Assembly (NCBI RefSeq): GCF_009914755.1
Contig: NC_060929.1
DNA length: 64,000 nucleotides
Reading direction: 5' to 3' (one strand)
Source of the DNA: the human T2T-CHM13v2.0 reference genome, Homo sapiens
Below, one piece after another: positions 51,255 to 64,000 of this stretch; position 1 is the first letter of the stretch; the number at the start of each line of letters is the position of its first letter. The notes under the pieces were generated by a model that made no database searches, was not told the origin of the DNA, and saw only the letters and a program-made list of their open reading frames with translations. The position numbers and the translations under genes were made by a program.

Positions 51255-53406
51255 TCTGGTCACTTTTGCCATGTTCTAATAGTTAGAAACAAGTAACAGG
51301 CTCTGCTTCTGTTCAAAGGATTATTACACAGGAACGTGACTACCAAATTGAGTCACGAATTGAGTTCCCAATTTGAGTGACTACCAAATTGGGAACAAAT
51401 TGAGCTGTGTTGTAGTCTCTCCATCACAGCCCATCTGTTGACCCCAGTGATCTGTGTCCTTCTTATAGAAAAAAAATACATTCATCTCCTCCCAGTGTCC
51501 CTGAGTCCCATCCCATTAAACTGTCTGCTCTATGTCCAATTATTTATCATCAAAATTAGATCCAGGTAAGGAAGAAACTTCCTTAGTATAATTTCCTTTA
51601 CCCTGTCAATCTATAAAGCTAAAGAGACAAGTTATCTGTCCCCCACACACCCAACACACATGGTATAACAGTCAGAGGACAGCAGGAATAGACATTTCTG
51701 TCCAAAAAGGATGACAAATGATTTACTGGTCCATATTGATTTTAAAATTGATCCAGGGAAAAGTGTTGGCTAATCCTTGACTAAATTTCAAAGCCTCAGA
51801 ATAATTCTCCTTGGTGCCCCCTTTATTTCTCTGTTCTTCATTCCAGCCTCTCAGTCAGCCTTCCTTTTTTTTTCATGGAAGTAGAATGTTCCATGCCTAA
51901 GTAGATTTAGTGGTTTGGTTGCTGCCTGTAGAATTTCAGAAGTCTGAACGACTCTTTTCATTTTTCACTCTCCATTATCCCTTTAGTCCAAGTTGGCAGT
52001 GTTTTTGCTAAAACAATTTTCTCAAAAACTGAGTAGGTGTTTTCTGTCTTTCCCAGGGTTTCTTTCTATTAGATAAAAGCCATACCCTCAAATCCCTTCT
52101 ATATAATCCCTCTTCTACCTGGGACTCCCATAGAAAGAAGTGAGTGACAAGAGATTAAGCTTCCTAGAGGTCCTATTATTAGACTGAGAGGATCTGTGAG
52201 ACAAAACTTTGATGGCTTTAAAAGGCCATTTTTATGACCAAATACTCTAATCATTTGATCTTTTGAAGTTTTAGCAAAGATTGTGTAATTACACCATTTT
52301 CTCTATGCCAAGCTTTATCTAAAGACCATGTTTTCCTGACAGTTCATAGAAACAATTTCCTAATTTTAACATCTTTTGTCATTTGGAAAAGCTAGAATTT
52401 TCTAAATTATCAAGTCCTTTTGATTTAACAGTTCCTTCCTCAAATTATCTTCCTATATTCTGACACATTGCTACAGAAATCAAGAAAAAAGCAGCTGGCA
52501 TATCCAACACTTTTCTTGAAGGTTTCCTTTATTAAATAACCAAGTTCATCACTTATATTTTCTGTTGTCTACATAACTACAAGAGACAACTTCACTAAGC
52601 TCCCTGCTGGTACATGTCTCCCTTCCTCCAGTTTCTAGTAACATATTCCTTACTTCCTTTTGAGCCATCACTGGCGGTGTCCTCAAAATTCTTATTCATA
52701 ATAGTCTGATTGAGAAAACTTAGTCTTTACCATGCTTTTCAAAAATTGTTTATCTTCTGTTCACTGTCTCATTATAAAGCCACTCCCACATTTGTAGTGT
52801 TTTCAGAGCAGCCCCTCATTTTCAGATACTTGAATCTGCATGTCATCTACAGCTGCATAACAAATTACCACAACTTAAAGGCATAAAACAACATGCATTT
52901 ATTATCTCAGAATTTTTGAGAGTCAGAAACCCAGGCATGGATTAGCTGAATTCTCTGCTTCAGGGTCTCTCATAAGTTTACAGTCAGAATGTTGGCCAGA
53001 CTTGAGGTGTTATCTGAGGCTCCACTGGGGAATGGATCTTCCATCAAACTCCTGTTATTGTTGACTGGATTCAGTGTCTCCTTTGCCATCAGACAGAAAG
53101 CTGTAGCTTTTTCCTAGCATTTGGATGGTGGCTGCCTTTAGTTTCTTGCCAAATGGGTCTCCACAGCATGGTATCCTGCCTCATCAAACTGTGCAAACAG
53201 AAAAGTCAATAGAGATGCTGCTAACAAAGCAAAAGTTAGAGTTTCATGTAGTGTAATCAGTCAAGAGGCATTCTTTTATCTTTTCTGTATTCTGTTGGTT
53301 AGAAGCAAGTATAGCTCCTGCCCATAGTCAAGAGGAAGACCTTACACAGGGCATGCATGTCAGGAGACAGAGATAATTTGGTCAGTTTTAAAGTTTGACC
53401 ATATCA
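51255..53406 (-). mobile_element. MLT1F-like MaLR provirus: truncated 3' LTR 51255-51428, int 51429-52836, 5' LTR 52837-53406
   Basis: LTR 'gctgcataacaaattaccacaac...tctgttggttagaagcaagt'; same motif at 51275 'tctaatagttagaaacaagt'; int 'aaagagacaagttatctg', 'aaagccactcccacattt'. Confidence 0.82.
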
Positions 53407-53719
53407 GGAAGTAGAACCATTATACCTGAGAACTTTTTATATTCCTAGAAGGTATGAAAATTATAAGAAACAGCGAGATAGCAAAGGGTCATTGTGCCCA
53501 AGTTTCAATATTGTATTCCACAATCCTGATTGAAGGGACTAACGATATTTTTACTAGACTCCAAAATGCATTCAGGAGATAATATGAATGTGACACATTG
53601 TTATTTTGTAATAATCATCACAGTTCCAGTTAAACACAATCTTCATATATGGTTATCATGTAATAATAACGGCTAGCATTTCAGCATGCATTGTATCCTA
53701 AACATATGTTATCCTAAAA

Positions 53720-53960
53720 TCAGTATCATTGGCATTAGCTACAGATCTTGGTTCAATCCTCAGTTTTGATAGTGATTATATAAGTGTTTCTGTGTGTATA
53801 TTATATACTACACATGTATGTGCACTCAGAAAAAGCTATGTAGTCTATCTTTCTGAATTTTAGTGTCTTTATCTATAATATGGGTGCAGCAATGGCATTT
53901 AATTGAAGCAAGTGTGTTAAAATGATATGAGTAAATGAAAATCTTGTATCGTGTTCAACA
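53720..53960 (+). mobile_element. MIR (degenerate)
   Basis: 'cagatcttggttcaatcct...tctttctgaattttagtgtctttatctataatatggg'. Confidence 0.55.
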
Positions 53961-55951
53961 AAAAGAAATCCTCCAATATATTAATTGCTCAAGACAAACA
54001 TACATTGTGATTAAGTAGAAGGGCCATGAACCAAAAAGACATTGTTGCACAGACAGCTAAATACACAAGCAGAAGTTCAACCACTGAAGAGAACAAGAAA
54101 AAAGAATCATCCAAGTGAGAGAATAACATTCACTTATTTTAAAATTGATAAACAATTTCTTTTTAAGGTTGCCATAATCCCACTAGAGAATGGATAACTA
54201 TTTACCATATATATTTATACAAGTACATACTCCACACAATGCTTATCAAAAGTATGGAATCCATTACTGGCTTTTTCACTGGATGTGAGTTAAAGCGCTC
54301 CTCAAGGTATGAATGTGTATCTTCATTGGGGTTCAGTGGATTTCTCATAACCATTACAAAGGTATGAGGCCAATAGGGAAATCTGAAGAAGCCAAGCTCA
54401 TTCTGTAACATTTTAATTTTGCCCTATGTATTACTAAGCATTAAAAAGTTGCCCTAGAATTGTATTCTTCATATCCCATCTTTTCTACCTACTGCTAAAA
54501 TGTGTGCATTTATTTTGTTGTAGTTTACGTTGATTCATAAGCTTCTTTTCTGTGAGTATCCAGTGAAAACATCTTTTTTTTTTTGGAAAAGTCTGGAAAT
54601 GTCTCATGGTCGGACGACCCACAGTCCTTGGTGGTATGTAGAATTATCCTTAGGGATGCAATACCAGAGATAAACACTAAATTTCAACTCTCAACTACTT
54701 ATGCTATAAGAGATTAAAAATTTTTTAAAAACATAATCAAGAAAGAAAATGATCTCTGTTACTTGTTAATTGTCATGGTTTCTAAGAAAATTCTTTAGAA
54801 ATAAGCTTATTTCAAGAATTGTACTTTATAATATTTGCAGACATAATGATTTGTAAAATATAACAGCTTTTTGGAATTCAGTTTCTTCTGTTAAATAATT
54901 GTTTTCATAATTTTAATAAATATTTTGCTTTCATTTCATTTACAATTATAATATAAAGCCATTCATAAAAACAAGTCAAAATTAGACAACTAATTTTATT
55001 CAGAATACAATTATATCTCGCTATGCTATTATACATCAAAATAAATATAAATGTCTGAACTTTCCCCTTTAGACAAGATTAGATAATCCACTAGTCTTAT
55101 TCTAGTTCCTTAAAAATGAAGATCAGGTGATGTCCTCCTAGTGATTTACTAATTTTAAACTAAAGAAGAGAGAGTGGTAGGGATAAAGAGAGGCAGACAG
55201 AAATATTCAAAACTTGTACTCTGTCATGAGGTTTCCTAGCCTTTTTAGAAACTAGAAGTAAAGATGAGTTGGTTCTTAATGATAAAATAAAATACAATCA
55301 TTTTACATATTAAACACTCTCAGGTCATCCTAAATTTCAGTGGTTTAAAGAGGCAACCAAAATACATGAATCAGCCATTATCCCCTATATTCCTGAACAT
55401 TCCCATCCTTCATATACTCACATTTTCTTTCACATTACCTGATTTTTTTTTCCTTTTTATTTCTGGACCAGCTTCACAGCTCATTTGCTTGCAGTATGGC
55501 ATAATTGCCTTTCCCCTTGACATGTTCTGAATACATGGTTTTATGTTAGAGCTTGAACAATGGAGAACATATCTCTGTCTGCCCAATAAGCTAAGTTATG
55601 GCAGAAAATCCTGATATTAAAGCTCTCATAGACAGGGAGAGCAATTTATCTTTTGATTTCATTGAATCTATTTTACATATTGGAGAAATCTGTTGTGGAT
55701 AAAATAAAACCTCCTTTTCCTGCCCGCCTCCTGGGTGCCTTCCTTCAACAGTCATCTTTCTTTTTTCTTTTTTTTTTTCCCTTCTGAAAGCCTGGGGATT
55801 CCCTTTTGAAACTATTTGGTCCCCGTAACCGTATACAAGACTAAAAAAAATGTTTTCTTCGACCATTAGCCCACACTCATTTCAATTTCCTTTCACTGTG
55901 AATGCCTGTGTTCAAAGTCGTAGGCAACAAATGTCTCTGCCTCTTTATGCC

Positions 55952-56171
55952 CATTGGCCTCCACCTCCTGGGCTCAAAAGATCCTCCCACCTCAGCTTCC
56001 TGAGTGGCTGGGACTACAGGAACTTGCCACATGCCTAATTCTTTTACTTTCTGTAGAGATGGGATTTTGCCATGTTGCCCAAGCTGGTCTCAAACTCCTG
56101 AGCTCCAGCAACCTGCCCGCCTCGGATTCCCAAAGTGCTGGGATTACAGGCATGAACCATCACACCCGGCC
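55952..56171 (-). mobile_element. AluJ lacking its 3' about 60 nt and A-tail
   Basis: 'cctccacctcctgggctcaaaagatcctcccacctcagc...caaagtgctgggattacaggcatgaaccatcacacccggcc'. Confidence 0.92.
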
Positions 56172-56669
56172 TCTAGTAGGTATTTATGAAGTACCCTCTA
56201 TGAGCAGTCTTTGCCCTAGGTATGGGACATAATGAAGAATAAGATCATGGTAACAATATCATTTAAATTTTCAACTAGCATGCCTATCTGTAATTTAGAA
56301 TATCTATTTACATATATTTAGTAGACATTTTTCTATTAAAGTAAAAATGACACAATAATATAAATAACAATGTAAAATATACCTCCTCATCACTTTTCAT
56401 TGTTCTCATCATTGGAGTACATTTTGTTTTCTGTTCTATGTTATATTTTAAACAGCATATTTTGTTTTGACAAAAATATATAACTAGCATAAAATATTTT
56501 CTTCAAATCTTTATGCCCCTATATACAGCATATTATTTTAATACAATGACAAACACTAAAATTAGTCAGTGGTCAATTACTATGCATTTTCATTATTATA
56601 GGTCAATTTGTGAATTTTTATATTATATAACTTGGTATATATTATATACCAATGTGATATATCCTTATC

Positions 56670-56785
56670 TCTCTATATATGTATATATACATGCACATAG
56701 AACATATCACACATGTACATATTATATTATGCCCAAAATTAAATGTATGTGTACACATGTGAACATACCTGTATGTGTATGTGCT

Positions 56786-56816
<31 letters not shown>
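56670..56816. repeat. TA/TG low complexity with (TG)n
   Basis: Direct inspection. Confidence 0.85.
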
Positions 56817-57699
56817 GAAAAATACATAGATATTACCCAAGGTAGAGTTAGTAGTGTAAAATAGGGCAAAATAAATTATTTATGATTTCATACTTTTAGT
56901 TTCTTTGCAGAGCATATTAATTTACAGTGTCACTAGGAGCATATGAGTAAACAGTTAGCAATATAATTTTTAATTAAAAATTATTATTTTCTCGTCTCAT
57001 AGTTTTCTTGCTGTTATTTTAGCATGTGTGTCCTTAAACAGCCTAATTTTTCAGTGGTTCTATCACTCACCCTAATTGTCATGAGTATACTTAAACAGTG
57101 ACTGTTTCATTTTCTGAAAAATCTCTAATATTTTAAATGCCAAAATAATCAAGTTAAAATTCCAAAGGGTGTCTTTTAAAGCTCTTCGTTGTCTTGTTCA
57201 AATACGCTTGTTGAAATTCATATCTTGCTGCTTTTCCTTCAAACTTGCAACCTACTGAAGACATGGCTGCGTCTTATTCCTGATACAATAGGCACAGATT
57301 AAACCCTCTCTGTGCTTTTTTCAGTTTTCTCTACCTCAATGCCATGCATTTCTCTCAGCAGATTGTAAATGCATTTGCCTTTCCTAATTCATCTTCTCAG
57401 AAGAAAACTATAATTTATAAAATGTGTTTCTCCTTTATTAGATTATACTCTCCTTGTTGACAGTGACTAGACTGATCTGTTTTTTAAAGCAACATAATGG
57501 ATAACACCTGGCCCAAGAAAGATGTTTAACAACTATCTACCTCTGCTGACATTTTAGTCAGTAGATCCTTTTCCCTTAATGAACTTCTTTTGTGTTCTGA
57601 CTTAGTATAAAGTTAAGGTGACAAACTAAGCTTTAGGAAGGCTTAACAAATGGTCCACTTCTATAAGTAATGAATACCTATTTATTTATTTATCTCTAT

Positions 57700-57999
57700 G
57701 CATGCATTATTTTATTTTATTAGTTTGTTTCTTCTACTTTTATTTTAAGTTCAGGGTTACATGTGCAGGATGTGCACGTTTGTTATTTAGGTAAACGAGT
57801 GTCATGGTGGTTTGGTACACAGATCATCCCATCACCTAGATATTAAGCCCAGCATCCATTAGCTATTCTTTCTGATGTGCTTCCTCCCCACAACCCCACC
57901 TCCAAAAGGCCCCAGAGTCTGTCGTTCCCCTTCATATGTCCATATATTCTCATCATTCTTCTCCCACGTGTAAGTGAGAACATGGGGTGTTTGGTTTCT
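57700..57999 (-). mobile_element. 5'-truncated L1PA (about L1PA10-11)
   Basis: 'ttttaagttcagggttacatgtgcaggatgtgcac...attaagcccagcatccattagctattc...gtgagaacatg'. Confidence 0.92.
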
Positions 58000-58704
58000 A
58001 ATTCAGCAATTTGCCACGGTAACATATTTGGTCTCCATTATCTATATAACTAGGGGAACAATTTCTCTTCAGTTATTGATATCAGGAAATAAATCGCAGT
58101 TGGACTCTTCCGAGCAGTGTCTTTTCTCAATCTTACCAGTAATTGTGGAAACAGTTTGCTATTTTCTGGAACTTTCCCAGAAAGAAGATATAATTTATTT
58201 GGCCTGGGATCTGGGAATTTCTTCCTGAATGTAGAGATAATTATTGATCGTATGGTTTTTTTTTTGGTGTCACAATCTAAATCATTATCCATAGCTAAGC
58301 CTCCAAGGATATTATTGTTAATCTTTTACTATGTATTTATACAAGTAGAGTAGACCTGCTCCTGGAAGTCTTGCATGTAAGAAAGAAAATTCAAAAAGAT
58401 TATTTAACACAACTAAGACTATTCCATGGCTATCATTGTTTTCAAAACTGAAATATAGTTGGATTTCCTTTCTATTGCCATTCCCTTTAATAAGAAGCTC
58501 CACACCACAAACAGAAAGAACCAGAATGGAATATTTCAGAGCTAGATAAAAGCAAAGGGCTGGTAGCTTACAAGGATAAGGAAGCGAGGATGGGAATTCA
58601 GAAATATAAATGCACTGATATTGCTTATAAATATGCCGAGTCAACTCCAGAACCCAAGGTCTTGAGATTATATGACTCTTGGCTGACAGAGGATTATGTA
58701 AGCA

Positions 58705-59075
58705 TTCCTGTCAGGGTCTTGACAGAAAACAAATAGCAATTCACAAAGAGTATAATTGAGGAGAGTAAAATTAAAGCACCTTTAAAAATGTGTGAGAAAG
58801 TATAAAAGAAATAAACAAGGAACAATAAAGCAGATACCAGGAAGATAGCCATTGTCCTTGTTCGAGAAGGGAAGGGCGGGGTCAGTTACCAGAACTAGGT
58901 AGAGAACTGAAGCAGAGGAGGGACTACCCCATAGGAACTGTTGGCTTCAATACAGGAATAAAGAGACTGCTGACATGTGGTTCTGGAGGGAAGAAATCCA
59001 GGGAAATAAATGTCCTCCCTTTCTTTACCTTCTTCCTGAAAATTTCCTGAGAGTATTTTCCATTGGTATATGCTG
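58705..59075 (-). mobile_element. ERVL LTR remnant (LTR16-like)
   Basis: 'gtcagggtcttgacagaaaacaaatagc...taattgaggagagt...cagttaccagaac'. Confidence 0.6.
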
Positions 59076-59077
59076 AC

Positions 59078-59122
59078 TGCAAGTCCTCCAGTATCCTGTT
59101 GGTGGATTCTAAATGGATAAAG

Positions 59123-59162
<40 letters not shown>

Positions 59163-59452
59163 ATATGCATTCGTGCATATAGGCACATATATATGCACCA
59201 AAATGTGTGCATGCTCAAGATCCATATATGAAATGGTATAGTATTTGCATATAACCTACACACATCCTTCTGTATACTTTAAATAATCCCTAGACTATTT
59301 ACAATACATATCACTATGTAAACAGTAGTTACACTGATTGTTTTTTCTTTGTATTATGTTTACTGTACTGTTTTTAATTTTATCTAAATATTTTCAATCA
59401 GTAGTCAGTTGAATCCTCAGATGCAGGAACTATGAATATGGAGGGCCAACTG
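59078..59452 (+). mobile_element. MER2-type (TcMar-Tigger) MITE containing an expanded (CA)n at 59123-59160
   Basis: 'tagtatttgcatataacctacacacatcc...gttgaatcctcagatgcaggaac...ggagggccaactg' followed by TA. Confidence 0.88.
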
Positions 59453-60832
59453 TACATATAATTTTAATTATACTAATACATAAATAATCATATGTCTCAC
59501 TTTTCATGAGGATGTTCTCAGGTTCTTGGCCAATAAAATAGCATTATGGTGTATGATTACATAAAAAATAAGAACAGATCAGTGTTTCTACATATACAAA
59601 GTCAAAGGATTTGCCAACTGATTAATTCAGGACTATTCTCTAACCCTACATAACTAGAGTTAGAATTGGCTGTCTGCACAAAATCCCCATATTTGAATGC
59701 TAAGTATTTGAACATCAAGAACATAGACTCCTTTGACTGACACCAGCTGGTGGAGTCATTCCTATATGGACTTCAGATCATTGATAATTGTTAAGACATG
59801 ATGCTGCTTTCTGCTCCCTTCTCTTTATAAATAGCTTTTGGAATCCAACTGATTTCATACACATAGCTGATCCAATAAAAGTTGAATTCATAAATGCATG
59901 GACCATTAACAAAAGCTATGTGGAAGAAAATGTAAGTTTATGCTGTTTCACTTATGAATGAATATATATCTAAGAGTCTAGAGGAACTTCAGTAGGATAG
60001 GGAAGAGATGAAAAATCCACACATGAAATCTCTGTATTTCCCCTGTCATCAATCATAATTGGGTTCAGCACCTAGAACCACGTTCAAAGATTATTAATAG
60101 CAACAGATAGACAATGTGCTCATAGATTTGAAAAATGCTACCATGTACATGTTTATATATTTAATTAAATTGTGTAATGGATAAACATATGACTTGTTTT
60201 AGGGTATAAATAGTTTGAAATATAGCAAGCATTATTCATTTTAGTAAAAAAGGAAAATAATGCAGGTGAAGGTAGAGGGAGACGAGACAGCAAGAGACTG
60301 TCACAATTTATTCATACATTCACGTATACATTCTATCCTGCTATGATGGGAATCTTGTGAATTTTGTGAATACATACATAAATAAAACGGGCTTTGTTGG
60401 GCTCCATAAGTGTATTCTCTACAAAGTACTGCAAAGCCATATTCATCATCACATGAGCACAAGTTTCTATAAGCCACTCACAAAGAAAATAAATATGGAC
60501 AGAGGACCTACAGTTTACCAAAAATATAATGGCTTTCTCAGAGAATTTTTTGAGGGTACCGATTAATTCAAAATTCTACAGAAGTCAGTCTTATTAACTG
60601 ATGCAAACTGATTGAGGCAGACCAGCTGTTGGGCATTTTCCCAAGCACACTCCCACAGGGCCCATGTCACTCATCCACATCAGAATCCTCCAGAGTCCCC
60701 CTTTAATTGGGGAACATGAAAGAGTGGCACAGAAGTCCTATGCTTCTTTTTGAGAAGTCCTCAAAAACACATCCCAAATAAAGTTGGAAATATCATCTTA
60801 ATTTTCATGTTTTATAAACATATGATGTCTGA

Positions 60833-61289
60833 TGTTTATAGTGGGTTGAATAAGGTCCTGCCCCATACCCTCACACCTTGCCTAAATTCATGTTCACTCA
60901 GAACCTCAGAATGTGACCTTTTTTTTTTTTAAGAGTCTTTCCAGATGTGGTTACTTAAAATGAGCTCATATTGGATTAGAGTGCACCCTAAGTCCAATGA
61001 CTGGGTTCTTACCAGTAGAGGAGAGGAAAGACAGCCATAAAGACACAGAAGAAAGAAGGCCAGGCAACAATAGAGGCACAGATCGGAGTGAAGCAGCAGC
61101 AAGCCAGGGAAGTTCAAGGCTTGCTAGCAATTACCATCTACTAGGACGGGCAAGTACCCTCTACTAGAGGGAGGGAGGGAGGATGGCTGTGCCAACAGCT
61201 GAGTTTGAACTCCTAACCTCCGTAACTGTGAGAAAATCAATGTCCTGTTTTAAGCTACCCAGTTATGGCAGCGCTAGGAAATAAATACA
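60833..61289 (+). mobile_element. MLT1C-like solo LTR
   Basis: 'gggttgaata...gaacctcagaatgtgacctt...tccaatgactgg...ggcagcgctaggaaataaataca'. Confidence 0.88.
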
Positions 61290-62125
61290 ATGGAGTTGGT
61301 CATTTTGGTTGACGTGAAGTTAAAAGCTGTGAATATCTTAACTCATTATGTGAAATACAAAATTTTTATCATAAAGAATTAAACTATAAAATGGAACTTA
61401 GAAAACAATAGCTTTAATATATTATTGCTCCATACAGAAACTTAAGGGCTAAAAATATGCAATTTAAATATATTTCAGACATTGCAGATGTAATCCTCCA
61501 CTCTTTTAATCAATTTCCTTGAGGGTTAAAAGGCTTAGTTGCAGTTTGGAATACTTCATAGAGATAAGCTTATGGACTCAGCATTTAATGAGTTTATTTC
61601 AGGTAATGATATATAATTAAAAGCATAAATGGAGACTTAAGCTCAGCTAAAAGGATTTCTTTTAAAAATCACAATTAATTTACACAACATTCAATGGCGT
61701 TTAACACTTTGAGGTTGAGCAAAAAGAAAACTTACAGAAAGTACTCATGCTCAAATTATAAGCAGAAAAGGAGATTGGTATGTTATCCCAAGAGAAAGAA
61801 GTTTTGTTTCTTTTGTTGTCATTTGCTTTAACATATTGATATTGGATATTTCCAACACTCTAAGACAACGAAAGATTTTTTACTACATTTCTAAAATGGA
61901 AGGCTCTCTTTTTGACAATACCATCGCCTTCTATGCCAGGGATATAGAGTCAGTTTCATGTCAGATAAATCAGGTGCCATTCTTAAAGGGTAAATGAAAG
62001 AGATGTATGCTATTTATCCTCTCTGCCAGGAGGATTTCAGCTGTGTGGTGTAGATCAGCCTAGTTAGAAAAATTGGCTAAGATTCTTACATTGTCTGGCA
62101 TTCTTACAAGTAGAGGAGAGGAATT

Positions 62126-62178
62126 TTTCCTTCCTTTCTTTCTTCCTTCCTTCTTCCTTTCCTTCCTTCTTCTTTCCT
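62126..62178. repeat. (TTCC)n polypyrimidine tract
   Basis: Direct inspection. Confidence 0.85.
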
Positions 62179-62343
62179 AAAATATTTTCTTTTTAGAGTA
62201 CTACTCTTGTTTTCTTTTATAAAAATATATTCTGCTTTAAAATTCAGCATCTTTCTTCATCATATTGCCTTCAATGCTTTCCTTTTATTTTCTTTGCAAG
62301 TCCTTTTTTAAAAAGTGTTTCTACTTTGGTTTGACTCTTTTTG

Positions 62344-62437
62344 CTTTAATATTTAAAAATTTGCTTAATATTTTTAAAATCTTTAATATTTAAAAATTTG
62401 CTTAATATTTTTAAAATCTTAATATTTTAAAAATCTT
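62344..62437. repeat. AT-rich minisatellite: perfect 37-bp duplication built from about 18-bp subunits
   Basis: 62344-62380 is identical to 62381-62417, plus a partial third unit. Confidence 0.9.
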
Positions 62438-62719
62438 TACAGTTAATTCACCATTTAAACTATTAACATATGTTTATGTTTGTGCTCCTTTAATCATTAC
62501 TTAAAAATATTTACTAAGTAACATATTTCTAAGAATCATCCTTCACAAGTTTTACGCTGCAAAGACACCATCCCTCCTCTTGGCCTCCCTCAGTTTCACC
62601 CTTACTTGTTGTTTTCTTCTGTGCCCCCACCTCCACATGCCTTCGGCAGAAACAAGCAAATGTGCTATTGCATAGATAATCTCAGTATCTCACTTGATCA
62701 CCCTTTGCTTTATGATAGT

Positions 62720-63136
62720 TTTTCATTACCATCTTTCTTTTTCCTCCAGCTCAGCCAGACCTCATACTTCCGCAAGCTGTTGCTTTGGCTCTTCCTTCTG
62801 TCTCAAATGCCCAATGCCCAGGTATCTGCTTAGTCGACCTTCATTTACCGCCTTAAGATTTTCAATGAGCTCTTGCCACCTTAGTTAACACTATCATTTC
62901 CATTCCCTCCCTGGTGCCACATTTTTTTTTCTTCCATAGCATTTATCACTTTCTCACATGCTACGCAACTTCATCATGTGTTATACATATTATTTATTCT
63001 TTGTTTCCCCAATAGAATATAAGCTGTACAAGAGCAGGGATCTTTGTCTTTGTGGTTAATAGGTGTATCCTAAGTGCCGGGATAGTGATGGGACCATATT
63101 ACATCTGTTTACCTATTTTTGAATAGATGCATGAAC
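62720..63136 (+). mobile_element. L2a 3' end
   Basis: 'catagcatttatcact...tagaatataagctgtacaagagcagggatctttgtc...ttgaatagatgcatga'. Confidence 0.85.
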
Positions 63137-64000
63137 ATACATTTTTTTTAAATTAATCAATATGTCATATGTCAGTTGAGTACTACCCACTACTAATGAC
63201 TGGTTTATGTTACCTTCAATATTATTTCAAAATCTATAAGCTTCTAAGAACCTCTTCACAGTTTGTCAAATATGGAAATTTATAAAAATTTACTTGGCTG
63301 TTTTTCTCAGAAGTGTATAGTAATTGATAACTTACAGTATATTCCTCATATTTTTATAATTTCTGTATTTATAATAACTAGAATTAGTATCTTTTATTTT
63401 TATTATTATAAAACAATATTTTCTGTTAGCAAGAAAGAGGCAGTTAACTATTCTGTAAGTAGGTGAAAACTATTCAATGAGAGTATTAATTGAAGTACCT
63501 TTCTTCTCTTATACCCATGTCACTTTTTAAAGGTTTTCATAGTATTAGATCTGCAAAGTTCTAACTTATTGTAATTGAGTCAGGGAGCAAACTGACTTCT
63601 CACTAATTTACTTATGACTGAAACATCATTTTCAGAACCTGAAGTCACACCCAAGCCATCAAGGTACATATTTAGTATCTGTTATTTACTGGTCAAATGC
63701 CTAAGGTGAAAGAAATACCAGTTGGAATGCTGAACTTGAGAATTTAAATCTTTGAACTGCCATCATATTATCTTCTATAGGATACGTAAATATTAACTGG
63801 TATAGTGATTTACAATTATTGGAAGGCTACCATTTGCTAATTTACCATTAGAAATATTGTTCCTTTTGGAAAGTAGATTGCAGAGTCATTGATATGTTAA
63901 TTAAATTATTTGGCAACTGTTACATGTCAATACAATGACAGAGAAATTATCAAAAAATGACTCGTATATTAGCAGTTTTTGTCTTTGCTAACACTTATAC

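Noticed and set aside
54202-54411. 69-aa ORF in unique sequence
   Set aside because: No recognisable homology, weak splice context, and length expected by chance.

Overview
Primate (very probably human or hominoid) AT-rich DNA that is non-coding and dense in repeats, consistent with a gene desert or a deep intron. I can support no host protein-coding exon, RNA gene or CpG island; almost every listed ORF lies inside a repeat or low-complexity tract. The window holds many L1 fragments (L1PA, L1PB, L1MA, L1MD, L1ME; three or four carry twin-priming 5' inversions), L2/MIR relics, Alus (FLAM/J, Sp, Sc, Y), MaLR elements (MLT1, THE1, MSTA), ERV1/ERVL solo LTRs (LOR1a-, LTR28-, MER54-, LTR16-like) and DNA transposons (MER1B, MER2). 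It also holds a 3.3-kb HERV9 (ERV9) internal segment (gag-pro-RT-deleted pol-env TM) with no LTRs, poly(A) or TSD. The most unusual signals are that orphan ERV9 segment, a 12-nt microexon-like splice cassette right after it, a head-to-head THE1 fusion, and three separate locally templated inverted-insertion scars (about 27.0, 43.5-43.9 and 51.3 kb). I see no convincing novel gene system. Subfamily names come from recalled consensus motifs and need RepeatMasker/Dfam confirmation; old-repeat boundaries are approximate.
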